From positions 67,768,001 through 67,832,000 of the forward strand of contig CM052816.1 in assembly GCA_028534125.1 (NCBI GenBank): 64,000 nucleotides of DNA. The letters are read 5' to 3'. Origin of the DNA: Lama glama. Its lineage: Eukaryota. The notes under the pieces are model-generated. The model did no database searches and was not told the origin of the DNA. It saw only the letters and a list, made by a program, of their open reading frames with translations. The position numbers and the translations under genes were made by a program. Below, in pieces: positions 23,900-36,519 of this stretch (its first letter is position 1; every line of letters begins with the position of its first letter).

Positions 23900-25864
23900 G
23901 GGCCCACACCTGTGCAGAAGGATATTTAAAGGCGGTGGAGGGGTGAGCCCAGCATCTGAGAGTAGACGCAAGGTGGGTAGCAGTGGTAGGAGGCACAGCT
24001 CTTGTTTGTCCCTGTGCTTTGGGCTCTGGGATTGTGGTTCTTGTGGTTTAGCTGGGCAGAGCCACTGGACTGTCCCAGCAGATTCTGCCTTTCCCGGGGA
24101 ATGAGATCCTTTCCTCCAGGCAACGTGGTTTTCCCCTCACGTTCAAAAGTAAGTAGCTGGTGCTCTGGTTCCTTCCAGAAGCTGCCTGGTAGCATTTCGC
24201 AGGGCCAGTGTGGGACTGGGACGTAAGTGACCATGGATGTTTGGGCCTCTTGGAGGTTGAGTGAGGAAGGAGGGAAATACTCCTCAGCTGGTCTAGCAGG
24301 AAAGGAGTATGTTTCCTGGTCTCAGCTCTGCAGGCCCGATGGGTGAGGTGTTCTTAGGCTTTGTGGCTGATGTACTTAATATCCTGAGTGTGAGGATGCT
24401 CTAAAGTGTTCAGTGTATGTCTGGTAGCCTGGACAACTACAGTGTGTTAAGAGACAAGATAGGGCATGTGGCTGGTCCCAGGTCAATGGTAACCGGGATA
24501 ATTGTCCGCTCCAGGGCTGTTCTTCTTGGCTTTAATAGGAGTGGTAGGTGTTGGGAGTAGAGGAAGCTCTGTCCGTCCCTGGCTGCTGTGGAGTCAGGAG
24601 CTGGCTTTGTGGCTGGGTGTGTATGCGCTGGGTCTGCAAAGTCCTGGCCCTGCTTTGCGAGGCTATGGGTGGGAGAAAGAGGCTGAAAGGGAGGTGGTCT
24701 AGTAAGCTTCCTCCACGGGACGTTCTGTGATAGCAGCCTCCTAGAGCGCCCTCGGTTCTTCCTTCCAGGCCCCCAGATCCTATATGGTTACTGGCTTCTC
24801 CATTTTGAAGCAGCCCCCTTCTTGGGGGTTTCCTTGGTACAGCTGTGGGCCTGGGTGCCTCCTGCCCGCCCCACTGCTGAGCTAGTTCTAGAGTTCGAGG
24901 ATCGTTGAAGGGGCACAAAAACATCCCTCCTGGGTTCTTTCCCCATTTTCTTTCTACCCTGTCAGTCAGAGAGAGATCACTATTGGAGATCTGTTGTTGC
25001 CTAAGGTATTAGGTAGAGCTGGTGCCCACCCTGATGGCAGAGGAAAAGGTCCCATCACTGATGTGGCTGATGTCGGCCTAAAAGAGTGTGTCCACACCAA
25101 CAGCAAGTGGGATATAGAGCTGCTGGCTGTGTCCTTGCCCCTCGCACAGCCCTTTCTGTTCTATCTGCCTCACCTGCCCGAGCTCTTGCTCCCTGATGTG
25201 GAACAGCTGGTCCTGGGGTCCCCAGGCCATTGTCACTGGTAGACAGGGCCTAGCCAGGCGAAGTGTCCAGCAGAGAAGTTCTGTCATCTGCAGGATCACA
25301 GGGCAAACCTTCACAGAGATACGTGGGGAGAGTGTATTGTTGCCCCCAAGACTTTCAACTTCCCTTACTGTCAGGACATGCCTGACCCTGAATATTCATC
25401 TCCGTCAGGCCAACTTTGAGTTAAGATGAGACATGGAAGCTTGTTGTTTTCTGGGGTAGTATTGGGATGACACTAAGTGCTCAACTATCCAGGCACATCT
25501 CCTTTTTAGCCAAAGATGCCATTGAAGGTGGCACTAATGTAATCTAGTGCTAATGTAGTATGTCACATCTCCCCCCATTGTGACTTATTACTTTTGTCCA
25601 AAAGAAACGTCACGTTCCTGAAGCAGCCCTGATCCAGGAGCTTTTCCCCTATGCCCTTCTTCTCCTCAAGCACATCTTCTCTCCTAGTCTACTGGTGCCC
25701 GTAAGTATGGGGCTGTGACTGTCACAGCATCCACCCTCCTGTCCTTCCTGCAGAGGGAGGCTCCTACCTGCTTCTGGCTCTTCCAGATCTGTGGTCCCAT
25801 CAAGGTCAGGCTTTTCTCCTTGATGGTCCAGGAGGATGGACACAATATGAGTGTGAACATATCC
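23900..25864 (-). pseudogene. Unidentified multi-exon gene remnant or small spliced ORF (candidate exons 25864-25768, 25287-25174 or to 24958, 24662 onward)
   Basis: Canonical acceptors (ccatttttctatcag, gatcctgcag, ctttctcccacccatag) and donors (CAG|gtagga, CAG|gtgagg), compatible phases, GC3-rich codons; no protein family recognised. Confidence 0.4.
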
Positions 25865-27559
25865 CTGATAGAAAAATGGGGCTGCCTTTAGTGTCCCCTG
25901 GAGCCTCCCTCTGGCCCCACAGCCAGGCATATCACTCAGCAGCTAGTTCTCAGGAACTATGTTTCAATGAACACATAAAGGACTTCAGGGAATGTGAAGG
26001 AGAAGAAGGGAAGGAAAGAAAGGAAGGCCTAGGACTTTAGTGAGGGGCTGGGGTTAGTTCTCGTAGTGACAAGAGTTCTTTAAGGGAGGTAAAATTTGAT
26101 TTCTAGTTCTCAAAACACAGTAAGAAGGATGGCGTTATGGGGTAGCCCCTCCTTGGACACTTGTCTTTGATGTGTGCAGAGGCCCCTCCAGTGCCATTCT
26201 CATCATCCCTATCCTGGGGGGGCCTTGTGTCAGGGTGTCTGAATATTAGTCTGTCCTGGATTGGGTGAGTTGGCCAGGCTCAGTGTCACCTTGGTCAGTT
26301 AGGAGGGGAAGGAGGAGCTGGAAGGGGTATGTGTCTGCTCTTGGGTTCGGGGTAGAACTGTTACTGGAGTTAAACAAGGCTCTGCTTGGGACCCTTTAAG
26401 GCTATTCCTCTCTTCCTGTTGGTCTCTGTACCATAGGCCTGTGACTGGGCCAAAGCTGACTTAGGCCTTAGATGGTCAATTCCTCCCCACCTAACATTCC
26501 TGGACTCTCTGGAGTAAGTGAGGACTCTGTCCAAGGGAGCATTGTGGGTGACCTGTCCAAGGGTGTAGGACACCAAGGCCCTGGCTACTGGTGAGAGTCA
26601 GCTGAGAGTCTAGGAACTGCTGGGCACTGTTGGAGACTGACCAGGGTGGGAGCTTTGGCCTCACAGAAGGATTAAGTCTCATTATCATTTAAGAAACTTT
26701 CTCCCTAAAGACTGTTCAGTTATATTCGCTTTTTCACAATCTTTAATAAAAATCTTCTGACTACTAATGTTGTGAGTCTTACATTAGATACCTCTTAATG
26801 TCGTGGAATATCTGAATCAGAATGAGTGAATATATTGGGTCTTAAGTTTTAGTCTCAAGGATCAGAGAAAAGAGAAGCAATTCAAATGCTCTTCAAAATG
26901 TTTGTCCAATATAGTGTTGGCTCAAATGACTTCTGGTTTTAGGTTCTAAGATCTAGCTAACAAAAATATAAGGAAGTACTCCACTATAGCTATTAATGCA
27001 AAAATAACTTGTTAGATGTTGGTGCAGAAGAGAAACTGAAAGTTCAAGATGACACTCGAGAATCCTAGCAAAGGGAGGAATATATCAGTCACTTTAGGAA
27101 ATAATCTTAAGATCGCTGTGTTTTTTGTTCTCAGCAGATGTTCATAGTTCTTCGGGTTTGCCTGAGTCTTGCAACATAATTTATGTAGTTGACGGTCCAG
27201 GAGAACGGTGGTAGGGATAAGGGGCTGAATTAGAAGACAAAACAGTCCCTGGTTCTGGTCTTTTCCAAGCTCTCAGTTTTGTGGTGTTTTGTAAAGTGGA
27301 TGTACAAACTTGTAGTTTACTGGATTTTTAGTACTTCTGCAACTGAAGTTCTAACATGTTTATGGAAGTAGTTTGTGCTTTAAATGTAAAGATTAGCAAA
27401 GTATATAATTGAAAGACTCACCTTCCACTACTGATCTTATCCTGAAGTCACTACCATTAGGCTGGGTGTGTGCCCTTCTAGACTGCTTATTTGCATGTGA
27501 ACATAGTTTTAAAAAAAAATCCTGTAGCTCCTTGTTACAAAGTGTTAAGAGACATTTCA

Positions 27560-28260
27560 AAAATACAGTACTCAATTGATAAACACTGGTTTTTAAGTAG
27601 TAGCTAAATAGTTCAATAATCCAGTTAACTGATTCATTATTGGTATCAAAGGATCTTTAAAGTTACATGCTGTTCCAGTGCTATGATGATCTTTGAGTAC
27701 ATTTTTTCATGTCCTGGGAGAATTTCTCTAGGAGAAAGTGCTAGACGTAGAACTGCTAGTCAGATGTGACTCGGTCTTGCTGCACAGCTGAACTTCCTTC
27801 TAAAAAGGACTTTATCAATTGATACTCATCAACTGTGAGTTTCCATTCTCTCCCTGCTCCCACACACACTGGGCAAGCTGATTTTTGTTAATCTGATTAT
27901 TTCGTTCTTTTAAGTTGCATCTTTAAAAATAAGGATTTGAATATCTCTTGTAGGGCACTCATTCTTTGAATTTCTTTATCATGTTTTCTCTTTTCTCATT
28001 TCTTTATCAATCATTTTTCTGTTTTCTCATAGAAACTCTTAATATGTGGCAAATCTTCTGCAGTTTATCTTTTTTAAAGTTTATTTTTTTTCTGCATGGA
28101 AGTTTTATGTAGACAAGTTCAGCCCTGCCTTTACGGACTCTAGGTTTCACGTTTACTTAATTTTTCCCTATAAAAAGGTCGTACACATTCTGTACTTGCT
28201 AGTTTTTGTGTTGGTAGTTTATTTACATGTTTCTTCCTTCTGAAGTTTGTTTCTGAGTAC
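27560..28260 (-). mobile_element. Ancient L1 (L1ME-like) remnant
   Basis: T-rich degenerate antisense ORF2/3' sequence ('gatgatctttgagtacattttttcatgtcctgggagaatttctctagg...agaactgct'). Confidence 0.5.
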
Positions 28261-28434
28261 GGGGAGGTGAATGCATCTAGGGCTGGGGGGTATTATGGGC
28301 AATGAGGTATGAGTGGAAGCCCGCAGGGTTTCCAGGAAAGCTTGGGCTTTACAGCTGGGGGCCTAGCAAACTGCTGGGGCGATGTAGCAAAGAATGGAAA
28401 GAAGAAAGCTGGAATGACCTTGGGTCCCGTAGGG

Positions 28435-28752
28435 CAGAGGTCAGCAAGACATTTCTGCGAATGGCCAGATAGTTACTATCTTACACTCTGTGGGCCCTAC
28501 CTTGTGCAACTACTCAAGCCTGACATTGCAATGTGAACGCAGCCGTGGAGGAAATGTCAGCAAATGAGCATAGCTGTGTTCCCCACACAACCTTATTCAC
28601 AGACACTAAAGTTTGAATTTCTTAAAAATTTCACTTGTCACAAAACATTCTTTTGTTTTCTTTTTTATCATTAAAAAAAAAACATTCTTAGACTGTGAGC
28701 TGTACAAAAGCCAGTAGTAACTGGCCCATGGGCCGTAGTTTGCCGGCCTCTG
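28435..28752. mobile_element. MER58B hAT-Charlie element
   Basis: Terminal inverted repeats cagaggtcagcaa / ttgccggcctctg; internal 'ggccagatagt...gcaactactcaa...agctgtgttcc...ggcccatgggccgtagtttgcc'. Confidence 0.85.
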
Positions 28753-29597
28753 CCCTACGATATCATACCATTGCTAGCAAATCTCTCTCCTGACTTACGT
28801 GAGAAAATGTGTCCTGATTTGTTTAGGCCACTGTTAGTTTTTTTTGATTACTAGCAGTCAAATGCATGCTTACCCTGATAAGGATCTATTTTCCAAATAG
28901 CCAACTGTTCTGACCTTTTTATTGGCTATTCAAATTTTGCCCCCTGGATTTGAAATACTGTTTTAATCACTTTTTGAATGAGTCCTTTTCCTACATTCCA
29001 TTCCAATCCACTGATTATTGTCCATTTTCACATAACCATTATCAACTTAATTCTATAGTTTTAATTATACTTAAGATTCTGGAAGGGTTTGCTCTATATA
29101 CTAAATTGTCTTTCTCATCAGTTCTTACGTCTTTATTTTCCCCAGTGTATGTTAGAATAAGGGTGAGTGTCATAAACTTTGATTTGGGCTTACACTGAGT
29201 TTATAGAGTACCATGTGGAGAAAAGACATTGTGGTAAGTCCCACCCACAAACATGATGTAACTTTACATTTAATGAAGAACAAAAAGACCTGAGTAAGTT
29301 TCCTTTTTCCTCCTCCCCTGTCCTCATTTAGGCTATGCCTATTTCTACTTAGGTTTGCTCCCAGAGTCCAGGTTGTTACTGTTGTAAATGTGAACAGGAC
29401 TATTAATTGGGCTCACTTCTATGCTGATTGGTATAGGATCAGTCCTATTACTCTTCCTGCTCAGTAACTGAAACCATGTAGACCTGGAGCATTGTTTTTT
29501 ATCTAACACTAAAGACCAACTCAGAGTTCAACAATTTCTGGTCCTTTGGAAAGTTCTACTGAATAGCTTCTATGTTTGAATTAGGTGGAGGTATTAA

Positions 29598-29636
29598 ATA
29601 CTAGTGCACTCTACCACTGAGCTACACCCTCCCCCT
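29598..29636 (-). mobile_element. Truncated tRNA-derived SINE (5' part only)
   Basis: 'gtgcactctaccactgagctacaccctcccc'. Confidence 0.65.
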
Positions 29637-30135
29637 GGGAAATTTTTAAATGAATGTATTTGTAATAGTTACACTATCGAGCACCAAGTGCAAGGCCCTT
29701 CTTTTACTCCTTTAAGCCTCTTACAACACTCTAATGTAGGTGCTGTTTTATAAGGGAGGAAACTGCGGAATGGTGGTTTACTGAAGAGAGGGTAGGTAGT
29801 ATGTATATAGGCGTGTAGTAGGGGTAGCAAATATCTCAGAGCTTCCAGGCACACATCTCTGGAGGTATATCCCTGGCCTACTCAATTTAAAGTTTTTCAG
29901 TCTTTAAATTAGAATTTCTAATTCATAAATAAGACCTGGAGTTACATTGCATGTTTCTCAACTAGAAGGAAAAAAATTTTCTAGTTTAAACTCATCCCAA
30001 ATTTTCTCATTCATGCTAATTTCAGCATAAGCTGGGATTTTAGGATGAGTGCTAGCTCTGGATAGTTCAATCATGACAGGGTTATTTTTATCTCTTTAAA
30101 TGAATTTTGTAAAGAGAATTTGTAACACCTTTTAA

Positions 30136-30648
30136 TATAGAAGCAACCTAATTATCCAACAGATGGATGGTCAGAAGATGTGGGACATATATACATATAC
30201 ACACAATGAAATATTACTCAGCCATAAGAAATGAAATCTTGCCATTTGTGACGCTATGGATAGACCTACAGGGCATCATGCTAAGTGAGATAAATCATAA
30301 GAGAAAGAGAAATAACATAGGATTTCACTTATATGAAGAATCTAAAAAACAAAACAAATGAACAAACAACAGAAATGGAGATACAGATACAGGGAACAAA
30401 CTGGTGGTTGTCAGAAAGAGGGATGGGCAGGAATGAGTGAAATATGTGAGGGAGATTAACAGGTACAAACTTCCAGTTGCAAAATAAATGAGTCATGGGT
30501 ATAAAATGTAAAGTGTGGGGAAAATAGTTAAAAATTATATACTATCTTTGGTGACAGATGGGAATTAGATTTATCATGGTGATCATTTTTGTATCATACG
30601 AAAATACCAAATCTAATGTAAGTCCATTATACTTCAATTAAAAAAATT
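30136..30648 (+). mobile_element. L1 3' end (ORF2 end plus 3' UTR)
   Basis: ORF 30167 'MKYYSAIRNEILPFVTLWIDLQGIMLSEI' is the L1 ORF2 C-terminus; ends 'tacttcaattaaaaaaa'. Confidence 0.9.
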
Positions 30649-31142
30649 CATAATACCTCTTAAAAATTTTAGGGAGATGGGGATCAGACTAGGACTCTAA
30701 AGAGAAATTTCAGTGTCTCAAAGGAGATTTTGCACAGACCTTTGGGGAAAAGTACATCAAAAATGCATATGATGTACAATTTTCTATTAAAATACGGTCT
30801 TCATTTGTCATCCCTACTTATTTTACAGGGAGAAGGAATAGTCTTTCCTTCTGGGTTCTACTCTCCTGTGTGTGTGTCTTCTGTGTCCACCCCTTTATTT
30901 TCATATTGGTTCCCCAAGGCGTTTGTCCTTCCCTGCTTTGTTTTATTGAGCTTTGCAACAATAGCCCATCCACCTTCCACCACACTGTGTCCAGTTACAG
31001 CATGTCCAGTTATCTCCGGCTGGCTGGTCAGAACTCGGAGCAGCCGTGGGTGGGATCCTATGGCAGGACTGAGAGGCATGTGCCCCTGGCTGGCTGCTCT
31101 GTGCCCTGTTCTGCCACACCCCAGAAGGTTAGTTTTTGGCAT

Positions 31143-31592
31143 TCTCTTTTATTGAAGTATAGTCAGTTTACAATGTTGCATCAATTTCTGGTGTACAGCA
31201 TCATGTTTCAGTCATCTATATACATACATATATTCCTTTTCATATTCTTTTTCATTATAGGTAACTATAAGATATTGAATATAGTTCCCTGTGCTGTACA
31301 GTAGAAACTTGTTGTTTATTTTACATGTAGTAGTTAGCATCTGTAAATCTCGAACTCCCAGTATATCCCTTCCCACCTTCTTTCCCCCTGGTAACCATAG
31401 TTTTTTTCTATATCTGTGAGTCTGTTTCTGTTCTGAAAATAAGTTCGTTTGTATGTGTGTGTTTAAGATTCCACATATAAGTGATATCATATGTTATTTT
31501 CCTTTCTCTTTCTGGCTTAGTTCACTTAGAATGATGATCTCCAGGTCCATCCATTTTACTGCAAATGGCATTATTTTATCCTTTTTTTTTTA
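31143..31592 (-). mobile_element. Lineage-specific L1 3' end
   Basis: 'ttgaagtatagtcagtttacaatgttg...gattccacatataagtgatatcat...ttcacttagaatgatgatctccaggtccatcc'. Confidence 0.9.
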
Positions 31593-34500
31593 TCAGATTT
31601 TTGAGACACCATCTTGCCCTAGGGATTAGGTCTGGTTAAAATAAACTGTTCAGAACACTCCTAGAGAATGGTTATCTGGGGAGGTTTGGAAAGAAGAAAA
31701 AGAGTCATCTCGGCAAAGAGAAAGGAAAACAGTACAGGAAATGGGGGAAGAGATGGGGGCAGAGGTTTAAGTTCTTATCACAGCCGGACTAATGCATCTT
31801 GCTCTGTATCATCTAAAATATCTCCTTTGACCAGCATGTTACAGGATATCTGCTGGTAACTGCCACTTATTTCACAATCCTGAATTCAAGGGCGCCCATG
31901 AGAGAAGAATACAGTATCTATTGAAAAGAATCTCACATGAAGCCCATTGTGCCATCCCCTAATTTTATCGTGAATCCAGGCATGCTGACATATTTTAAAT
32001 GGAGGATCTGTGTACAGGCTCACTCACTGCAGACAAGCCATTCTCCTGCTATGTGGAAATCTCCCATTTCCCTTCCCCACTGTGTCTTTGGTCAACAGTT
32101 ATAAACTCTCTCAGACAGCTGGTTGTGTATTAAAGTCTATTTATAACAGTCAACGAACAACTGCTTGTTTATGGGGAATCGTGGCAATTTTTGCTTAGGA
32201 AGGACAATTGGGGTATTTCTTCTGTAGCGGAGCGGGTTCAGCCGCTGGACTCCACAAACATTGCCTCGCTTGTCTTCTTAACATTCTGTGGACTGAGGTT
32301 ACCCTGGGTGCTAATGGTGAATTCAAACCCGCACAGACTGCTGGTTCTTCAGTCAAGGTTCTTGGGGGCTAGACAATGGAAAACATGAAACAATAATACT
32401 TTGTGAGGAACAAAGAAGTAAAGAAGTACAAAAGCACCCGTAGCTTTGAGGGACAGCATACAACACTCCAAATCTGCACAAGAGTTCATCAAACTATAGA
32501 CTTCTTTCCCCCTCCCATGGCTCTACTTAAAGTATGACCATATGATAACTCGTTAGCATTCAAAAAACTTCCTACTCTGCTGGCTCTTGGGGTGCTTTTT
32601 TATTTCAGAAATTAAAAAACTAGAGCATAACACAAAACTAAAATCTACTGGTCATGAATAGTCAGTGAATTATGCTATCAGGAAAAAAAATCTGAATTCC
32701 TAGAGAATGTCTTGCATAATGTTTTCCTACTAGCTATAACTTTAATGTGATGGCTTCCCTTCTTCCTCTATTTTTTTGAATAATGGGATGGGTAATGATA
32801 TTTAACTTGAAAATAGCATGTATTTGGTTTTTAATATAAATATAAATATTTTCTTGTATTGAAAAGAAACTGTCACAAGTATATGTTAGAAAGCTCAATT
32901 GAGTAGCTTTACCCTGAAGATAAAACAAAAAACTAAACATAACTATTGTTCACGATTATCAGTCCAGAAAAAAGAATGTGCCTATACGTATCTATAGCTG
33001 TGTCCATTGAAGAGTTTTAAATAAATATATTTAAATTCTGCAACAACTTGGTTCATCTCTTGGTTGACTGATTCTGATTTTAATTTATTCCACATCATCT
33101 GTAAAACTAAGCACATCTTGTTTTATTGTGCTTTCTCCAGAAAATAATAATGGTTACAATAAATGGGATTTTATGAGTGACTCTTAATAGCAAATGAGAA
33201 CTTATGTAACTTTCCAAACGGTAAGTTATCCCTGAGTGACTACTTACCAAATTTAAATGCTTTTGCTAGATTTAGTAACTTTTGGGGAAGGATTGTTTAA
33301 CCCTTATTGTTCTATGTATATTTGGAAAAGAAGCAGCCTTGTGTTGTTGGAACAACTTGTTCTTAATTCAGTACTAATCTGGGACTGCTTTCCAGAAACA
33401 GCAAGTTAAAACCTATTCATTATGCTCAGTAAGGCCTCTTTGAGATTTGGTCCTGGGGCATTTTTCTTTTTGTCTCTGCTGCAGCAAAAGGTAAATTAAT
33501 AATGAGGTACAGATGAATCAAGCCAAAGCTCTTTCAAGGGGAGCCTGTACACCAGTATCATGGTTTCAGTGCTTACATTTTGCCAAAAGTCTCAGCTTCT
33601 TCTGGGATACAAAACTGCAAAACCTTCTGCAGAGGCTGGAATCAGTTTCAGGTTGTTCAGACAAGCTCATCATTCTTTTCTCCTGGTTCCCACCAGAGGC
33701 AGAGCTGAAGGTTGAGCTATTTAAAGCTTTTCTTGCGGCCACATAGATGTTAAACTGTCAGAGATGGGCGAGAGAAGTTAATTCATCTCAAATAAAAGCT
33801 CCTTTCTGTGGGTTTATCAGTGAAAAGTAGTAAAAGTTTTACATTGACTGATGTCTCTGTGAGCTATTGGAGGTGAAGACAAACAACTAAAGCAGGAAGA
33901 TAAAGAATTAATAGGCCAAAAGAAATATTTTTGGAATTGTATTCCATATGTGAATATAGAACATGCCGAAGGGAGTAGTCAGTAGAAACCATAGTGGTAT
34001 ATCATTTAAAGCAGAGAAACCTAGATGTATTAGTTTGGGAACATATTCTAATATGGTTTTACTGATGAACAAATCAGTGTGGATTTTCCCTTCTAACTGT
34101 TAAAAGGTCTGCAGTTTTTAAGAACTGAACACTCTTTGAGCAGTAAGATCCATGTAATTAGAATCTTCCCACAGACTATGTAACTTTTAGAAAACAGAAG
34201 CTATAGCTCTTCTGAGCCAGTCAGTCCCAAGGTACAGAATGAGCCTCTACTCAGAAGGACACACTTAGAAGAAGCCAGCAAAATTCCTGCCAGGCAGTTT
34301 GGGGGCAGAAGGAGTCTAAGAAGTCTTCTTTTCTTTCTTCTTGAAAATCACTGATACGGTGGGTTCCTAGGAATGATGAATGGTGATTTTGAGCATCCTT
34401 TTTCTTTGTTTGTTTTCTTTTTTCCTTTTTATTACTGAAACCACAGAAAGAGTAGTTTCCCAGGCACACTGAAACAAAGAAATAGAAAGCTTTGGTGAAA

Positions 34501-34851
34501 GCATGTTCTAGGAAACTTTGAGAGAGTGGGGGTGGAGGGGGGAGGTGGATCATTCAAGAAAATGACTTAAGTTCACTGGTGACAGAGCAGAGATTCAATG
34601 ACAGAGAGAGAACAGAGCAAATGTAGGACAAGAGCTGTAGGAAAGAGCTGTAGGTCTGCTGGATGGAGTGAAAAATCACTGGGGTGCCGAAGAGATGGCA
34701 AAACCATTTGAGAGTCCCTTTGGAAGCAGTGGGTGCCCCTGGCACAACTGAGGGCAATGCTCTGTGCTGGCTTGATTGGGCCAAGTTGGACATGGGGCCA
34801 CTCAGATGTGGTACATTAGAATCTCCATAGAAAGGATTGCTTTATAGCAAT

Positions 34852-35297
34852 CTATATGAGGGATGCCTTCCAAGACCCCCAGTGGATGCCTGAAACTGTG
34901 GATAGTACTTGTCCATACGTCCTACATTTTCCCTATATGTACTTTCCTATATGGTATAGTTTAATTTATAAGTTAGTCACAGTAAGAGAATATCTGAGTT
35001 ACCAGCATCACTACTCTCAGGCTTTGGGACCATTATTAGTAAAAGGGTTACTCGAACACAAGCACTGCAATCCTACAACAGCTGATCTGATAACCAAGAT
35101 GGCTAGTAAGTGACTAATGGGCGGGATAAACTGGACCAGGCATGATTCATGTCCCCAGGGGGATAGCATGAGCTTTCATCATGCTACTCAGAATGGCACA
35201 CAATTTAAAACTTATGAATTGTTTATTTCCAGAATTTTCCATGTAATGTTTTAGGACCACGGTTGAATGGGGGAAACCACAGGAAATGGGAGACTAT
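34852..35297 (-). mobile_element. MER44/Tigger7-like TcMar DNA transposon
   Basis: 'ccttccaagacccccagtggatgcctgaaactgtggatagtac...catgctactcagaatggcacacaatttaaaacttatgaattgtttatttccagaattttcca'. Confidence 0.8.
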
Positions 35298-35484
35298 TTA
35301 AAATCCTCTCTAGGTAAGTTTAATGTGCAGCCATGAAATCAGTTTCTGAACAGGGAAATAATATATGTGGGCTGTGAGCGAGTGACTGTTTCAGACAAGA
35401 TCTGTGACTTCCAACATGGAAACCCTCTTAGCTGGTAACCTCGGCAGGTAATGCCTACTTCATGGAATTTATTGGGAAGGTTAT

Positions 35485-35660
35485 CCTTGTGGTTGAGCTC
35501 AGAGGTTTGGAATCAAACATGCTGGGTTCAAATTCTGGGTCACCCATTTACTGTAGGGAAGTTGCTTATTTTCAGGTTCCCCATCTGTTTGTAATAATAT
35601 GTGTATGGAGGATTTAGTTCTGTAGCTGCCCTGAGCATGCTGCTTGGCATATGGAAAGGA
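35485..35660 (+). mobile_element. MIR SINE
   Basis: 'ggaatcaaacatgctgggttcaaattctgggtcacccatttactgt'. Confidence 0.65.
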
Positions 35661-36519
35661 TGCAAAAATTTTGCTGCCCCTTTATTCTCCCCTCCTCCTC
35701 TTCTTGTTACTTTTAACACCTAACAAAATGTGTAAAAACCTAAAGTTAACCTTTCTTCCCACTTCCAAACTCTTTGTTAATGCCCATCATGGGATACTAA
35801 CAGAACGTAAAATGTTATTTTATTATAACATACCTACTGTGTAATGTATAATTCCTGCTGCTTGTTGATTTTTTTCCTTTCTCCTAAATTTAAATCTTTC
35901 ATCATACTGTGGGTAGAATGTATACAAGGACTAAATGCTGGCTGTCTGGGTAGGATTCAAGTCAGATTAAATGTGACAGCCCTTTGTAGAAAGAAATAAT
36001 GACATCATCACCACCTAGATATGAACATGGACTGCCCAACTCAATACAGTATCGCTTTGAGGTCATTGATAGAATTGCCTCTTTTTTTGATAAGAAAATA
36101 GAAGTCTACAGAAATTAAGTCACTTGTCCAAGGTCAGAGAGCCAGTGTGAAGCGGAAGAGAAAGAATTCTAAGTCAGGCGGGCTGGCTGGGCATAGTTCT
36201 GTTGGTAACCTCTATGCTTAACAGGCCTCACTTTCTGTGGGTGTCAGGTTCAAGGTCCTCCAAGGCAGGCCTGCTACTATAAGGGAAATGGGAGCACTCA
36301 AAAGCCTTTTCCTCTGAGTTGCAATAGCAACTTTCCTCATACATAGATTGCTTTCAGTGACACAATTTTTACACTGTTATTTTGGAGCATGGTTTGTATG
36401 CTCCTTTGTTTACATGATTTGTGTATATCCACGTATCTCTGCAAACTTGCATGTAAGAGAAGGGTTAAAGGGCAATGAAATGTTCTCGGAAAAATTATAT
36501 CAACTTAATTATTTTTAAG

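Noticed and set aside
24958..25864. Family assignment for the candidate gene (by-eye resemblances to KHDC1-like KH, doublecortin, ankyrin, C11orf42 and the glucagon-family HSDGTF motif)
   Set aside because: Several unrelated families match equally loosely, spacing or intron positions disagree, and there are no dibasic processing sites around the SDGTF motif; none can be supported without a profile search
30730..31304. 141- and 144-aa ORFs
   Set aside because: Non-ATG starts, no homology recognised, one runs into antisense L1
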